DNA from: Anolis carolinensis
Taxonomy: Eukaryota
Direction: 5' to 3'
DNA length: 64,000 nucleotides
NCBI RefSeq assembly: GCF_035594765.1
Contig: NC_085844.1
Span: 163,386,107-163,450,106 of the forward strand
The number at the start of each line of letters is the position of its first letter. Positions within the stretch are counted from its first letter, which is position 1. The position numbers and the translations under genes were made by a program. This document shows, one piece after another, positions 36,293 to 48,303 of this stretch. The notes under the pieces are model-generated. The model ran no database searches. It had not been told where the DNA came from and saw only the letters and a list, made by a program, of their open reading frames with translations.

Positions 36293-39200
36293 GTAAGTAG
36301 CACTTTGTTTATTTTTCTCTTTGGGTAACACTTAGGTAAAGGGCCTCCCAGTTAACATATTCTCATGGAAGTTCATGAGACATGAAGAAGCAGTTATTCC
36401 TCTTCTTGTGCAGTTTGCAACATGGTAGTCTTCACTGATGAGAAAATATGAAGCTTATATACCCTAGATTTGGCTTCCTTAGTTCCACAATGTGCTCACT
36501 GGAACAGTTGGCTTTTTAAACAAATGAGTGCTCTAACTACTAACAGGTTGCTTCTGGGTACTTTGTAGCTTCTTCTTGTCTAGTGATACTTTATTTAGAT
36601 GTCTGCTATCTGTTCTTGCTGATAACACATTTTACTACAGTATTTCAATAGCCACAAATAAAGTTGGGTGAGTTTAAAGTAACATGTTTTAACTTTCAAA
36701 AGTATATTCCCCTTTAAGAGAGCCGAAAGGTTACTACAAAGGCCTGAATCTGGTTATTAATCCCAACTACAGCTGCCACAATCAATCAGTTGAATGTAAG
36801 TGTTGTATTGCCAAGTTGCCACAGCATTCATTGGGTCTCCTCCAGTTGGGACTGGCAATAGAAATTGGGCCTGTCGCTATAACATTGTTTAGCATTAAGG
36901 GCATTGTTAAACAATTTGTGCTTCAAACCTTGAAGTGTTATATTGGGAGGAAAAAAAATTATTTGCTATCATTTAAAAAGTTGACTCATTAATATGGCTC
37001 TTTTAAAAAACACAATATTAATGTAAAAAGACACAAGAGAATCTTGTAGCATTATTGAAACTAATGGTGAAAAATATATTTCAAGCATTAATTTTAATGG
37101 CTCACTCCCACTCAATCCAATGTGTCTGGTTTGTTGTTGCTGTGTGCCTTCAAGTCATTTCTGGTTTATGGTGAACCTAAAGCAAACCTTTCATAGGTTT
37201 TCTTGGCAGGATTTGTTTAGGAGTTGCTGTTGCTTTCCATTGTCACTCAATGGGTTTCCATGGCTTAGTGGGGATTCAAACCTTAGTTTCCAAAGTCCTA
37301 GTCTAACACCAGTCCACTGCACCATGCTAAGGCTCCGTATCTTGCCAGTAACATGTTTCTTGAACATTTGTTAATAAAAATCCTTTAAAATACTAAAATT
37401 GATCCTAGTCCTCCCAAATGATCTTTCCCAATACAGTGATATCAGTGTTATTTCATTAAAGGAGCTCAGTTATACCCTCATCTGCCCCCAATATTTCACT
37501 GCTCTGCCTTTTTAATGTCCTAATCTGTTAACTTAATCTGAGTTGGGTTTCTGTGTCAAGACTTTTTAGCATGGCAATATGTGATGCCATCATAAAAGGT
37601 TGCTAGCCTTGCTAACTGTATGTTCCCTTTGGGATTATTCTGAGCACCAAATGCTGGGAAGCACAACCAAGAAAGTGTTGTTGCATTCATGTCACGTTGG
37701 GAGCCTCCCATGGGCAACTGTGGGCTAATGTCAGCATAACAGTAGATGAGATTCCTCAGATCCACCCGACTCTACTCTTCTTGAATATACCCAGAGTGCT
37801 GTTTTCCATTAGCATTGCTATAACTCAGCCCACAAACACCTGGAATGTACAACCATGTCTGAACAACTAAAAGCTTGCTTTTATCCAATTTGCCTTTAAT
37901 TGTTTTCTCCCCTTAAAGTTTCCTTTTTTTATCAATATGAGTTTCCAATAGCACTTCCTCTTTAACTTGCTAGCCCTGGACAAAGTCAGCAAAATATAAT
38001 TTCCACAAACCTGTAGTTTGCAATTTGTTATCTAAAAATTGTTGTCAGACCATATGTAAAAGCTGGTTGCAATAGCATGAGTGGGCTTTTTTTCCCTTTC
38101 ATGTCTATATATGAAAATGATCTTGTAATTGCTCCAGCAGTTGTGATCTACTGTCTCCATTTTTAAATGGCTGAGTGAGAAGGTGGTGAATTGCAATCTT
38201 TAAATGCATGCTTAATACTGACTGATCGTGTCGGAATGGACAGAAAAAGCTGAACTGCACTGACCTCTGACTTAACTTGTTGTGAAGAGTCAAGTTCATT
38301 ACCATTACTTACATTTTAGAAATTATGTTGAAGTATTGGACCATTTTTACATACTTTTTTGGTAGCTAAGAGGGAGTTGAGGTATTTTTCCACACTGGTA
38401 ATACTGGTTAGGGCTTATGGGAGCTGCAGATCAAGACACTGGGAGGGCTTAAGATTTGTAGAAGGCTGACTTTATGGGTTTTTTGTGTGTCAGGAGCGAC
38501 TTGGGAAACTGCAAGTAGCTTCTGATTTGAGAGAATTGGCCGTCTGCAAGGGCGTTGCCCAGGGGATGCCCGGATGTTTGATGTTTTACCATCCTTGTGG
38601 GAGACTTCTCTCATGTCCCCGCTAGAGCTGACAGATGGGAGCTCACCCCGTTCCCTGGACTTTATGTATTTGAATGAGTCTTCAAGTCACCTGTCAACTT
38701 ACAGTGACACCATGAATATCATGGACTTTGGCAGTTCCTACAGCACCTTTGGTAGTATTTTTGGCAGTTTCCCATCCAACCAGAACTTACCCTGCTTAGC
38801 TTCCAAGATACATGGTTCCTATATCCTTGTGCAATACTTCCAGATATCAGTACAGTCTGACCTCTTGTGGCAAAAATAAAAATTAGATGAAGAAAGAGAT
38901 AGAAATAATACATTTCACTGTCAGAGAGCAAAGAGTACTCAACCTAGCCAAATATAGTGTGTCCTTAGTGTCACCATAGCCACGTTTTGCCATATCATTG
39001 ATAATGTGTGCCAAGGGTTTTAATTCTGAAAACAAAAAAGCCACCCTTAACTGCTTGCACAATCAGAAGTAAGAATGACAACAGGTCCCGACAGTGGCTT
39101 GGCTATGAGCTGCTTTGTATTGCTAAGGAATGAAGGAGAGTGATGGTTTTGGGGCATCTTGCAGTGACACAGCGCTAAAGCTCACCTCTGTTGTAACAGG

Positions 39201-39304
39201 ATTTCTAACCTTGACTCTTTTCATCTCTCTCTGGCTTTCTCTCCTTTGTTTTGATTTGTGTTTGACTGCATGACTGCTTGCTGCTTTGGCTGTTTCGTAT
39301 TCAG

Positions 39305-39417
39305 GTGAAGACTTGGAAAGGAATGACGGATCGACAGCGAAACCCTACTACATGTCAGCTAGTCTGCACCGCATTTTGGGAAAGAAGGAACTGAGTCCAA
39401 AAAAGTTAATGGGATAA
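39305..39417 (+). CDS. SLC44A5: SLC44A5 proximal alternative last exon, coding part ([37 protein letters not shown])
   Basis: TTCAG acceptor; phase 1 matches the previous donor; stop TAA at 39415-39417. Confidence 0.93.
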
Positions 39418-40241
39418 TATTCAAAAAGAAATTGTGAAAATGGCAGCAGTGTTACTTTTAAGAAAATAACAATAATAATTGAGCAGGACACATTGAATTT
39501 AGACAAAGGAGGTGTTTAAAAAGTACAAATGATGCTTATGATGAAGGAATTATTTGTATTTGCTTTGTACTATCTAAAAACGAGCTGACAGGCAACCGTT
39601 AAAATAAGTCTTTTTAACAGCTGTGATACAAGGCCACATCATAGTTTTTATAGAGTGCCTATGGACAAGTGTAAATGTGAAGCTTTTTTAATCTTTAGCT
39701 CTTAGTGTTTTCATAACTTTTCTAACTTGAGATTTTGCTGTTTTACACAACAGCCATTTTGATAACTTTTTTTATAGGTGTATATTTGTAAAGGATATTC
39801 AGGCAATTTTTGAAAGCACTACAGTGTATCCCAATTAGCCATAAACAGGTCAAAACTATAGATAACCAGCAGGTGGTCCTAAATTTGTAATTATGGTGCT
39901 ATGGCTGTATTTTTATTGTACATGCTGGTTGACAGCTATTTAAACTGTGATGAAAATGTATTAATGGTTCCCTCTGAAGAAGGGCACAGTGCTATGTCAG
40001 TTGCCTCCACTACAAAAAATGGTGTGCTAAAAAAAGTGATTAGTGTCATACTGATTCCTCTCAAAGGAGGTATAATGAAAGAGTACAAATGGTTCAAATT
40101 GCATAGAACAGAAGCATATTATTAACAATAAGCCTTTTAAGAAGAGGAATCTATCTGCATGAAAAGGGTTGGCCAAATAATAGCCTCTGTTGTCCATTAT
40201 AGTATGACTACAAATGTAATTAGAGGTCCTATGCTATATAG

Positions 40242-40374
40242 CAGCCATGGGCAAACTTGGGCCCTCCAGGTGTTTTGGACTTCAACTCCAACAATTCCCA
40301 ACAGTGGTAGGCTGTTAGGAATTGTGGGAATTGAAGTCCAAAACACCTGGAGGGCCGAAGTTTGCCCATGCCTG
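40242..40374. mobile_element. Palindromic hAT MITE (CAGGCATGGGCAAACT-type); deleted copy at ~61353-61442
   Basis: Long inverted arms; flanks CTATATAG / CTATATTC. Confidence 0.85.
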
Positions 40375-40733
40375 CTATATTCAGATTAAACTTTAGCTCA
40401 ATTCAAAAAATCAAGCTCTATGGATGAATTATGATCCTTTTCTCTCCCCCACAAACCATGGAAGAAGTCCTTCCGGACTTTATAAACCAAGATACTGCTC
40501 TTTTATACACACATAGAAAGAGAATGAAATATGTGGGTCTGAAGATGCCTTTGAGCCTCCTTTGCACTATTCATGTAACATCTGATCATTTTTCATACAC
40601 ATGAGGAAGAACAAAGAGACATACGAAATACGAATCAGCATTCTGGCCAATTACCCATTGAAGCAAGAACCACTTCTGAGTCTCCTGTGAGAAAACACTC
40701 AGCAACTAAATAGCAAAACTCCGTGCTTTGAAT

Positions 40734-40739
40734 AATAAA
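40734..40739 (+). promoter_or_regulatory. Candidate polyadenylation signal for the proximal last exon
   Basis: First AATAAA I noticed after the proximal stop; others at 41250 and 42049. Usage unproven. Confidence 0.3.
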
Positions 40740-40985
40740 GCTGCACACTGTCTTGAATCAGATCCCTGGTGACAAATGCAGTTTGTATTATTTAAGCTTT
40801 CAGAATTGAAAGTCGGAGGCATTGTAAAACCATCATTACTCTTGAAAAGCATGGCAAAAGAGGGAACTGCTAACTGTGGGCTACAGCTAACATTGCATGC
40901 GGGGCTGCCATCTGGACTCTCTTCCTCTCGCCTCCTCCTCCCCTCTCCAGGTGGAAAACCAGGACCTCCAGAACAGGCTTTAAGG

Positions 40986-41114
40986 CAGTGGCTCTCAACC
41001 TCTGGGTCCCTAGATGTTTTTGGCCTTCAACTCCCCGAAATCTTAAAAGCTAGTAAACTAGTTGGGATTTCTGGGAATTGTAGGCCTCTGGGAATCCCAG
41101 GTTGAGAACCACTG
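40986..41114. mobile_element. hAT MITE (family of 2634-2768)
   Basis: TIRs present; TSD CTTTAAGG / CTTTAATG. Confidence 0.9.
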
Positions 41115-41517
41115 CTTTAATGATACAAGGGAGAATGTTTGCCTGGAAGTCATTTTATGAGATAAGTGAGATTTTTCAGCTGAATATATTGAGTTGGAGA
41201 GCTTACATCAATATGGAACTACAAAGGATTTGAGAAAAAAATAATCTGAAATAAAACGGACTATGCAATCAACTAAACAAATGCTTCAAGGAATAATGCA
41301 ACTTTTCACTATATTAATCTTCCTGTGATTGGATCACAATGTCTTCCCAGGGAAGTGTGCGAGGGAGGAGCTCCACACCCTTTAGATTATTATTATTTTT
41401 TGCTCTTCCTTCTGTCCCTTGTCTCATTCCACACCCTATATCCCCTGGATAGTTGTTCTGGGAATTGATAGATTTGCCATAAAAGCATGGGGAAAGCTGG
41501 TGTTGAAGTTGCTAGAG

Positions 41518-41640
41518 CAGTGGTTCCCAGCCTTTGGGCCTCTAGGTGTTTTGGACTTCAGCTCCCAGAAATCCCAACCAGCTTACCAGTTAGGAGCTGA
41601 AGTCCAAAACACCTGGAGGCCCAAAGGTTGGGAACCACTA
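41518..41640. mobile_element. hAT MITE (CAGTGGTTCCC variant)
   Basis: Perfect 8-bp TSD TGCTAGAG; palindromic body. Confidence 0.9.
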
Positions 41641-41760
41641 TGCTAGAGGAAGGAAGAATGGCTTGAAATAACACCCTCTCTTTCCCCAGTATGAATGCAG
41701 ATTGCTTCTGCAAATGGAAGAGGTTTTTTCGTTTGAAGGAGCAGGACCCTGAACCCAACT

Positions 41761-41982
41761 ATTTATTTATTATTTATTTATTTACAGCATTTATATTCCG
41801 CCCTTCTCACCCCGAAGGGGACTCAGGGCGGATCACATTGCACACATAAAGGCAAACATTCAGTGCCATAACATAGAACAGAGACAGAGACAAGACGCAG
41901 GCACGGCTGGCCTCGAACTCATGACCTCTTGGTCAGAGTGATTTGTTGCAGCTGGCTTGCTTTCCAGCTTGTGCCACAGCCC
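41761..41982 (-). mobile_element. Short tRNA-type SINE with L2-derived tail
   Basis: (TTTA)n followed by CCGCCCTTCTCACCCCGAAGGGGACTCAGGGCGG, almost identical to the L2 3' end at 2810-2845; the minus-strand head has a B-box GTTCGAGGCC. Confidence 0.8.
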
Positions 41983-43015
41983 GTCTAGAAATATACAAAT
42001 TGTATATACTTATATATAACTCTAGAAATTTTAGTCAAAAATCAACCCAATAAACTTCAATTGACATATCTATGGGTCAATGGAATGACTGTACCTTAAC
42101 TCCTATTTTTTTTTAAAAGAATCACCCTTTCTCTGAGTAGAATGCTGAAAGATGGGATTTTAGTTCATCCTGAGAGAACCTAAAAGAAACACCAACCCCT
42201 TCTACTCTCTCTCTGTGGTGCTCTTGCTAGTCTTTTTTAAATGCCTGGGTGAAGAAATGGCAGCAGTAACCAAAGGCAGTTCGCCCCGAGACAGCATTGA
42301 CACTTTCCTCTCTGCAGAAGGATCTTTGATTTATCCTCTCTGTTGACATCCTCAAGATCCATACTTGCCTTTGACTTATACATGAGTATATACAGTAATG
42401 AAAAAATCCTTCCCTAATAGAAATAAGCAGTCATTTGTATGCTCTAGATGCCATGCATTGCGGTTACAGTCAAACTGTTCCGTGACAGCCAAATTATATT
42501 GTCCCAAATTCAGCTGCAGTTACAAGCAATTAGTTATGCCTATCAGCTGGTGGTCCTGGAAGCAGATGTGCTATGCCATCCAAAGATGCATCCAGCCACA
42601 TCATCAGAATTGCTCAGTTGGGTATCACTTTGTAGAAGGGGGAAGAGCTACACTGATACAATGTGCAGCGAAGATGTACGATGTACGGGGTTATGTAAAT
42701 ACTTCTCAAGGGAGTAGAATCCAATTCAACACTAAGAGTGAATGGAAATCAATCTTCCTGCCCACCCTTCTCTCTTGACATCCTTGGCATGCTCTCCAAA
42801 ATGCTCTGGAGGCTTGCAAGACTCTCCAGGTCAGATGTGGGGAGGTGGCAGAAAGTCCTATTGCATAATATCTTTCCATTTATGAGATGTTGGTTTTGGC
42901 CCACTATTGCAAGTTCCTTGGTTTTGGCCTCTGAATGAACCCCTTTCCTTCTTAAAAAAAATTGAATAATTTGAATAATGCAATTTATTGTATGCAAGAT
43001 TGAGTTTGTGTACAG

Positions 43016-43149
43016 CAGAATTTCTCAAACTGTTCTCCTCCAGATGTTTTGGATTTCAACTCCCACAATTCCTAACAGCTGGTAAGCTGTTTGGGATTCT
43101 GGGAGCTGAAGTCCAAAACTCATGGAGGAGCACAGTTTGAGAAACACTG
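43016..43149. mobile_element. Palindromic hAT MITE
   Basis: CAGAATTTCTCAAACT...AGTTTGAGAAACACTG; perfect TSD GTGTACAG. Confidence 0.9.
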
Positions 43150-43869
43150 GTGTACAGGATTGGGTTTGCCAGTGGTTGCTCCATCAGTATATCCCAAGGT
43201 ATGACCCTATGTTGGCAATACAGTTAAGATGCATTTGCAGAAATAATTAGAATCAGTATGAATAGGATTATCCATAGTCCTTTGAAGCAAACAATTTAGA
43301 GCCATGTTGTTGAATAAGCAACTGAAAAAAATGGAAAATGCAAAGCAATAGCACTGAAATTGGGTGGCTGTCCATTCAACCAAAACATAGCTGTTCAATT
43401 ATTGCAAAATCCAACAGACAAAATTCCTGAATATCTTTCTCAGAATTGAATTAGCATTGATTGATGTGCAAAGTTAGGTAATAATTTATTTTTGAAATAC
43501 AGAATCTTTTGGACTTGATTGGTGTATTTCTTAATGCCCAGCCAAATCCTGCTGTTTATTCTAATGTCAGTTTTATGCATAACATGCTTTAACATAAAGC
43601 TTGAAAAAAGATGCACTTCCTCGCTTTCGAGAAGTAGTGTAATGGACGAATCATTTCATGATGAGATGATAAATTTTAAATAGACTTTGATCCTGCACTC
43701 ATTCTAGTCAAGGACAAGACACATGTCTTTGCTTGAACAGGTGCAGCATCTGGTCCATATAATGTTAAAGGGCTGATTATATTATTGCATCAGTGTTTAC
43801 TGTATAACAAATGCCAAAACATACTGTATTTAATGCATACTGAGACTTTTGCTGTTGTGCACAAAAGGG

Positions 43870-43943
43870 CCAGCAGGGGGCAGTATTGTTTTCATGGTGC
43901 GTTGCTTTGACGACTTGCTTTCTGCCGTTCTGCCCCCTAGTGG
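43870..43943. promoter_or_regulatory. Inverted pair of CTCF-like motifs
   Basis: CCAGCAGGGGGCAG at 43870-43883 (+) and CCACTAGGGGGCAG at 43930-43943 (-); both fit CCASYAGRKGGCRS. Confidence 0.6.
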
Positions 43944-44047
43944 AAGATTTAGAAAGTCACGATGGCTCTCCTGCAAGACCTTATTACATGAGTAAATCTC
44001 TGCTGAAGATCTTGAACAAAAAGAACATGCAAACCAAGAAACAATAG
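43941..44047 (+). CDS. SLC44A5: SLC44A5 distal alternative last exon, coding part (L-EDLESHDGSPARPYYMSKSLLKILNKKNMQTKKQ*)
   Basis: CCCCCTAG acceptor; phase 1; 21 of 35 aa identical to the proximal last exon with no indels; stop TAG at 44045-44047. Absent from the ORF track. Confidence 0.9.
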
Positions 44048-45740
44048 AAAATACCCACTGTCCTGTCCACACAGTCCCATTTGGTTACAGCGCATTGTTT
44101 CTTCAGTATGTTATTGACCGTCAGCTTTTCTTTGTGCATGTTTTATACCAAAGCTATTGTACACGTGAAGCCATCAAAAATTGTTGTGAGATTGTTTTGA
44201 AAATTCCAGCAGAAATTGTAAAGGAAAAAAACCTCTCCCATGGGAGCATTTTTTAATATATATCTATCTACTGAAAGTTTCCTCCTTTTTTCCATTTTGC
44301 CTTTAATTCTTGTGGCTTCAATGTTTTGGAGTGACCGATTTAAAAGTGTTGGCTGCTTTAAAAATATATGGAAAAGATGTGGAATGTTCTACTGTTTCAG
44401 ATTATCTTCTAGGTGAGTGAACAGTTTTTTTAACAAAAAGAAGAATATGGAAATTTCCCTAGAAACAGAGTTTTTAAAAACACTTTTTCAGTTTAAGTTG
44501 TCATAGAATATATAAATGTTTCCAGATTGCATTTAATGTCTTATCAGTTTCCTAGCTTGTATGGTTGTGTGCTCCATGACAAAGTGCCTTACTGGCTATC
44601 AGTATGATGTTAACTAGCTTGGTTTTGAAGTTTACAAGCACCATTGAACCACAAACCTACCACTGCTTGCCATGAAAATATATTCAGCTTACTTGAAATT
44701 TATAGGCAGAAACCTGGCTCTTTGCCCTTCTATACATTTTTTTCCAGCTTCTGCATTTTCCTATAGGAAGCAGCAGAGAACAGCATTCTTTAGAGCAGGA
44801 GCTGTGCAAAGTGGAGGTTGGACTACAACTCCCATCAGTCCTAGCATGTGTTTGCTGTGGCAAAGAATGCTGAAAGCTGCAGTCTGGCAACTTTTAAAGA
44901 GGTACACTTTGCTCACCTTTATGCTTTATAGATGAGTTTGTGGCTATTGGGATTTTCTTAACAGTTATTTTTACTTCTGTCTAATTTATGCTGTAAGAAA
45001 ATTCAAGCTCTGTCTCTGCTGGCTCTCCATTTGGACACGTAGCACAATCTGCATTGAAGGTTATATCCACACTTTAGAATTATAGCAGTTCTATGTCACA
45101 TTAACTGCCATGACTCAATGCTTTGAAATTACGGGATTTGTAATTTTGTGAGACCCTGCTGTGTCAGAGCTCAGGTGCTACAACAAACTAAAGATTGCAG
45201 GACTCCATGCAATGGAGTAAAACTGCTATAAACATCAAGCAGCTGTTAGATTGAACAACAAGAATCAGCTATAATCTTGGAAACCCACTGCAGAGCTGCC
45301 ACCTTAAACTTTCAGAAAGATTGCTCCTTTCTGACTTTGCAAATGTTTGCTGAGTTTTTCTGTTTCTACAGGTGACAAAAGCCACTCTGTAGTTACAGGA
45401 ATGAATGTTATATTAATATCAATGCCAATTAAGCCCTGTTAGTATTAGTTCCTAAGTGCAAGTGGGTTTGCATTCCTTTGAAAATGGAAACACTTTTGCC
45501 TACATCACTCATCGTAACCACAATTAGCAATGACATTGAAGTCACCAAATGGCCAATCCATACAGAAGCCCCACTGGTTCAGTGGGTCTACTCTAATTTG
45601 AAGTAAGGACAGGACTCAGGTTGCAATAAGATAGGACTTGAGCATTTTATGCCTATGGGGCGAGTGTGGGCACCATTCCTATACGGATGAAATTCTTTTT
45701 CCAGATTAGTTTCAAGTGATATTGCAATAGTAAAATTGTT

Positions 45741-45980
45741 GAATCATAGGGTTGGAAAGGACTACAAGGGCCATCCAATCCAACCCCCTGTTATGCAGGA
45801 ACATACCATCAGAGCACTCCTGACAGACAGCCATTCAGCCTCTGCTTAAAGATCTCCGGAGGTGGAGACCACACACTCCAAGGCAGCATATTCCACTTTC
45901 AAAACAGCTCTTACCAGCAGAAATTTCTTCATAATCTTCAGGTGGAATCTCTTTTCCTGCTATTTGAATCCAGTGCTCCT
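45741..45980 (-). mobile_element. CR1 3'-end fragment
   Basis: GAATCATAG...GGCCATCCAATCCAACCCC...TTCAGGTGGAATCT matches the reverse of 1960-2180. Confidence 0.85.
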
Positions 45981-46109
45981 AATTTTGTTGGGGTGTGGGT
46001 GCATGTAAGTTTGTTTTCCTTACACCCCAATTGTAGGTCATAGCTGATTTCAGTGGTGCTTATTGCCAAGTAAACATTATTAGAATAAGAGAGTTAAGAT
46101 TAGGATTTA

Positions 46110-46453
46110 CAGTAGAGTCTCGCTTATCCAACATAAGTGGGCCAGCAGAACGTTGGATAAGTGAAAGTGTTGGATAATAAGGAGGGATTAAGGAAAAGCT
46201 TATTCAACCTCAAATTACGTTATGATTTTACGAATTAAGCACCAAAACATCATGTTTAATAACAAATTGACAGAAAAAGCAGTTCAATACATGGTAACAT
46301 TATGTAGTAATTACTGTATTTACGAATTTAGCACCAAAACATTGCAGTGTATTGAAAACATTGACTACAAAAACATTGACTACTCAAAGGCAGACTGCGT
46401 TGGATAATACTGAATGCTGGATAAGCGAAGGTTGGATAAGTGAGACTCTACTG
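46110..46453. mobile_element. Tc1/mariner-pogo MITE (family of 9672-9987)
   Basis: TIR plus TA TSD. Confidence 0.92.
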
Positions 46454-46809
46454 TATTAAGATTGGATCAGTGTTTCTTGCTAGACACTGGGACTAGGGTT
46501 TAAGTTTCAAAGCCACCTTCTCCCTTCACATGCTGGTTAACAGGCCATAGGGGACTGTGTGCCATTCTGTTGTGTTAAATCTTATGTGTCTAAGGCCTTG
46601 CTACCTAAATAAGGAAACATGGGAACAAGGAGATACATATGATATAACAAAGTATTTATTGCTTTGTTAACCCTTTTAAAATGGATGCTTCATTTTTAAG
46701 ACTCTTCTTAAGAGAAGATTTTATTTTATAAAAAGGATGTTTTATTTTCTAACTTTTTATACGGATTCTTGGTTTCCTTGTGAAATATTGGTAATTTGCA
46801 CTTCACTGT

Positions 46810-47234
46810 AATAAAACTAAGAACCTTGTGGCTTCTTCGGTTTTTGAGATGTGTAACTAATGGTACTAATATTAATCATTAATGCAGTCTGTTTGTTTGT
46901 TTTTGAGAAAGAGTCCATCAGCATTTCAAAGATATATTCATAAATTGCATGGTGGCAAAAAAAAAAAAAAGATCTGGTCAGTCTCCCCTATGATCACATT
47001 TTTATTTTATCAATGATTTTAGACTGTGTGGTTTAGTCAGGAGAGAGAAGTGCCCAAACCAAAATAATGTGAGCACACATCTGTCTGAGCTCTAAAACCG
47101 TTTATTTGCTTCTGCTGTGCAGAAATATTAGGAACATATTGTTGAAAATATCTTTTTAGAACTAAAATGTTTAATATTTAACACAATTTGTTGTTACTTA
47201 TTGTTTTACAACTCTTGGGGTTTGTTCTAATAAA
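46810..47234 (+). promoter_or_regulatory. Candidate distal polyadenylation signals (AATAAA at 46810-46815 and 47229-47234)
   Basis: Each follows U-rich UTR-like sequence and precedes a GU/U-rich stretch. Confidence 0.4.
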
Positions 47235-47418
47235 AAGTTTAGATACAAAAGGATGCCTCTCTCTGTGTCTGTCTTTCTTTTAATTATTTTTATATGTATT
47301 CTCAAAAGAGACTTCATGTTGTATTACTTGATCAATCTTCTCACCTCACTAAAGCACACCATCTATCGGACTGATTAATCAAATGCCCTCACCCAAAAAA
47401 TAAATTGTAAATTGCAAA

Positions 47419-47842
47419 TATTTATTTACTTACAGTATTTATACCCCACCTTACTCACTCTGAAAGGGACTCAGAGCAGCTTTACAGAACACGTATATGG
47501 TAAACATTCAATGCCGATTACACAATTAACAAGGGCAGACAACACAGAAGAGGTAACTGCAGTTTTTCCATCTTGTTTCCGGCATCTTTGGAGGTTGTGC
47601 TCGACTTCGGCCACAGCATCTTCCATGCCATCCATCGAGCTTCCTTGATCAGCCGCCTTTAAAACCTCCCTGTTTTTAAAAGCAGTACCTATTTTATCTA
47701 CTCGCATGTCTGCTTTCAACCCTACTAGATGAGCAGGTGAGCTGGGGCTAATGGTGAGTGCTCATCCCCAACCCAGGCTCAAACTGTTGACCTTTCCATC
47801 AGCAGGCACAGTGGTTTTGCCTGCCGTGCTAAGCCCGACCCC
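47419..47842 (-). mobile_element. SINE with L2-derived tail (family of 30640-31098)
   Basis: Reverse-complement similarity across head (GTGCTAAGCCCGACCCC), body (GTACCTATTTTATCTACT) and tail. Confidence 0.8.
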
Positions 47843-48167
47843 ATATTACCCTATTTGCTCAAGTCTAATGCTCACCTCTTTTTGGCTAAGTTAAATTACC
47901 AAAATTGACATGCACATTAGATTTGATGGTGCATTATAAGCACACACACATAAACCTACCTGTGTAAAAAGACCTGGAGGAAGCTGAAACCCCGGATTAT
48001 TATACATTATACTTGAGTAAATACAGACACATCTCTTTCTCTCTCAGCCAATGTGGCTAGTGGTCATGCTGGTTGAAAGATTCTGAGGGCAGAAGTTCTT
48101 CTACGGACTATAAGAACTTTCATCAAAGTACTCTAGCTCTAGTCATTATCATCCTGTGGTTCTAGGG

Positions 48168-48303
48168 CAGTGGTTCTCAACCTGTGTGGTCCCCTGATGA
48201 TTTGACCTTCAACTCCCAGAAATCCTAACAGCTGGTAAACTGGCTAGGATTTCTGGGAGTTGTTTGCCAAAACACCTGGGGACCCACAGGTTGAGAACCA
48301 CTG
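48168..48303. mobile_element. hAT MITE (family of 2634-2768)
   Basis: TIRs; TSD TTCTAGGG / CTCTAGGG. Confidence 0.92.

Noticed and set aside
42398-42997. Cluster of 66-126 aa ORFs between the last exons
   Set aside because: No recognisable motifs or splice support; consistent with chance ORFs or decayed repeat.
7054-44047. Assignment to SLC44A2 or SLC44A4 rather than SLC44A5
   Set aside because: GFQTDFRVYL resembles CTL2, but [46 protein letters not shown] and the distal ...QTKKQ end fit CTL5 better as recalled; a phylogeny would settle it.
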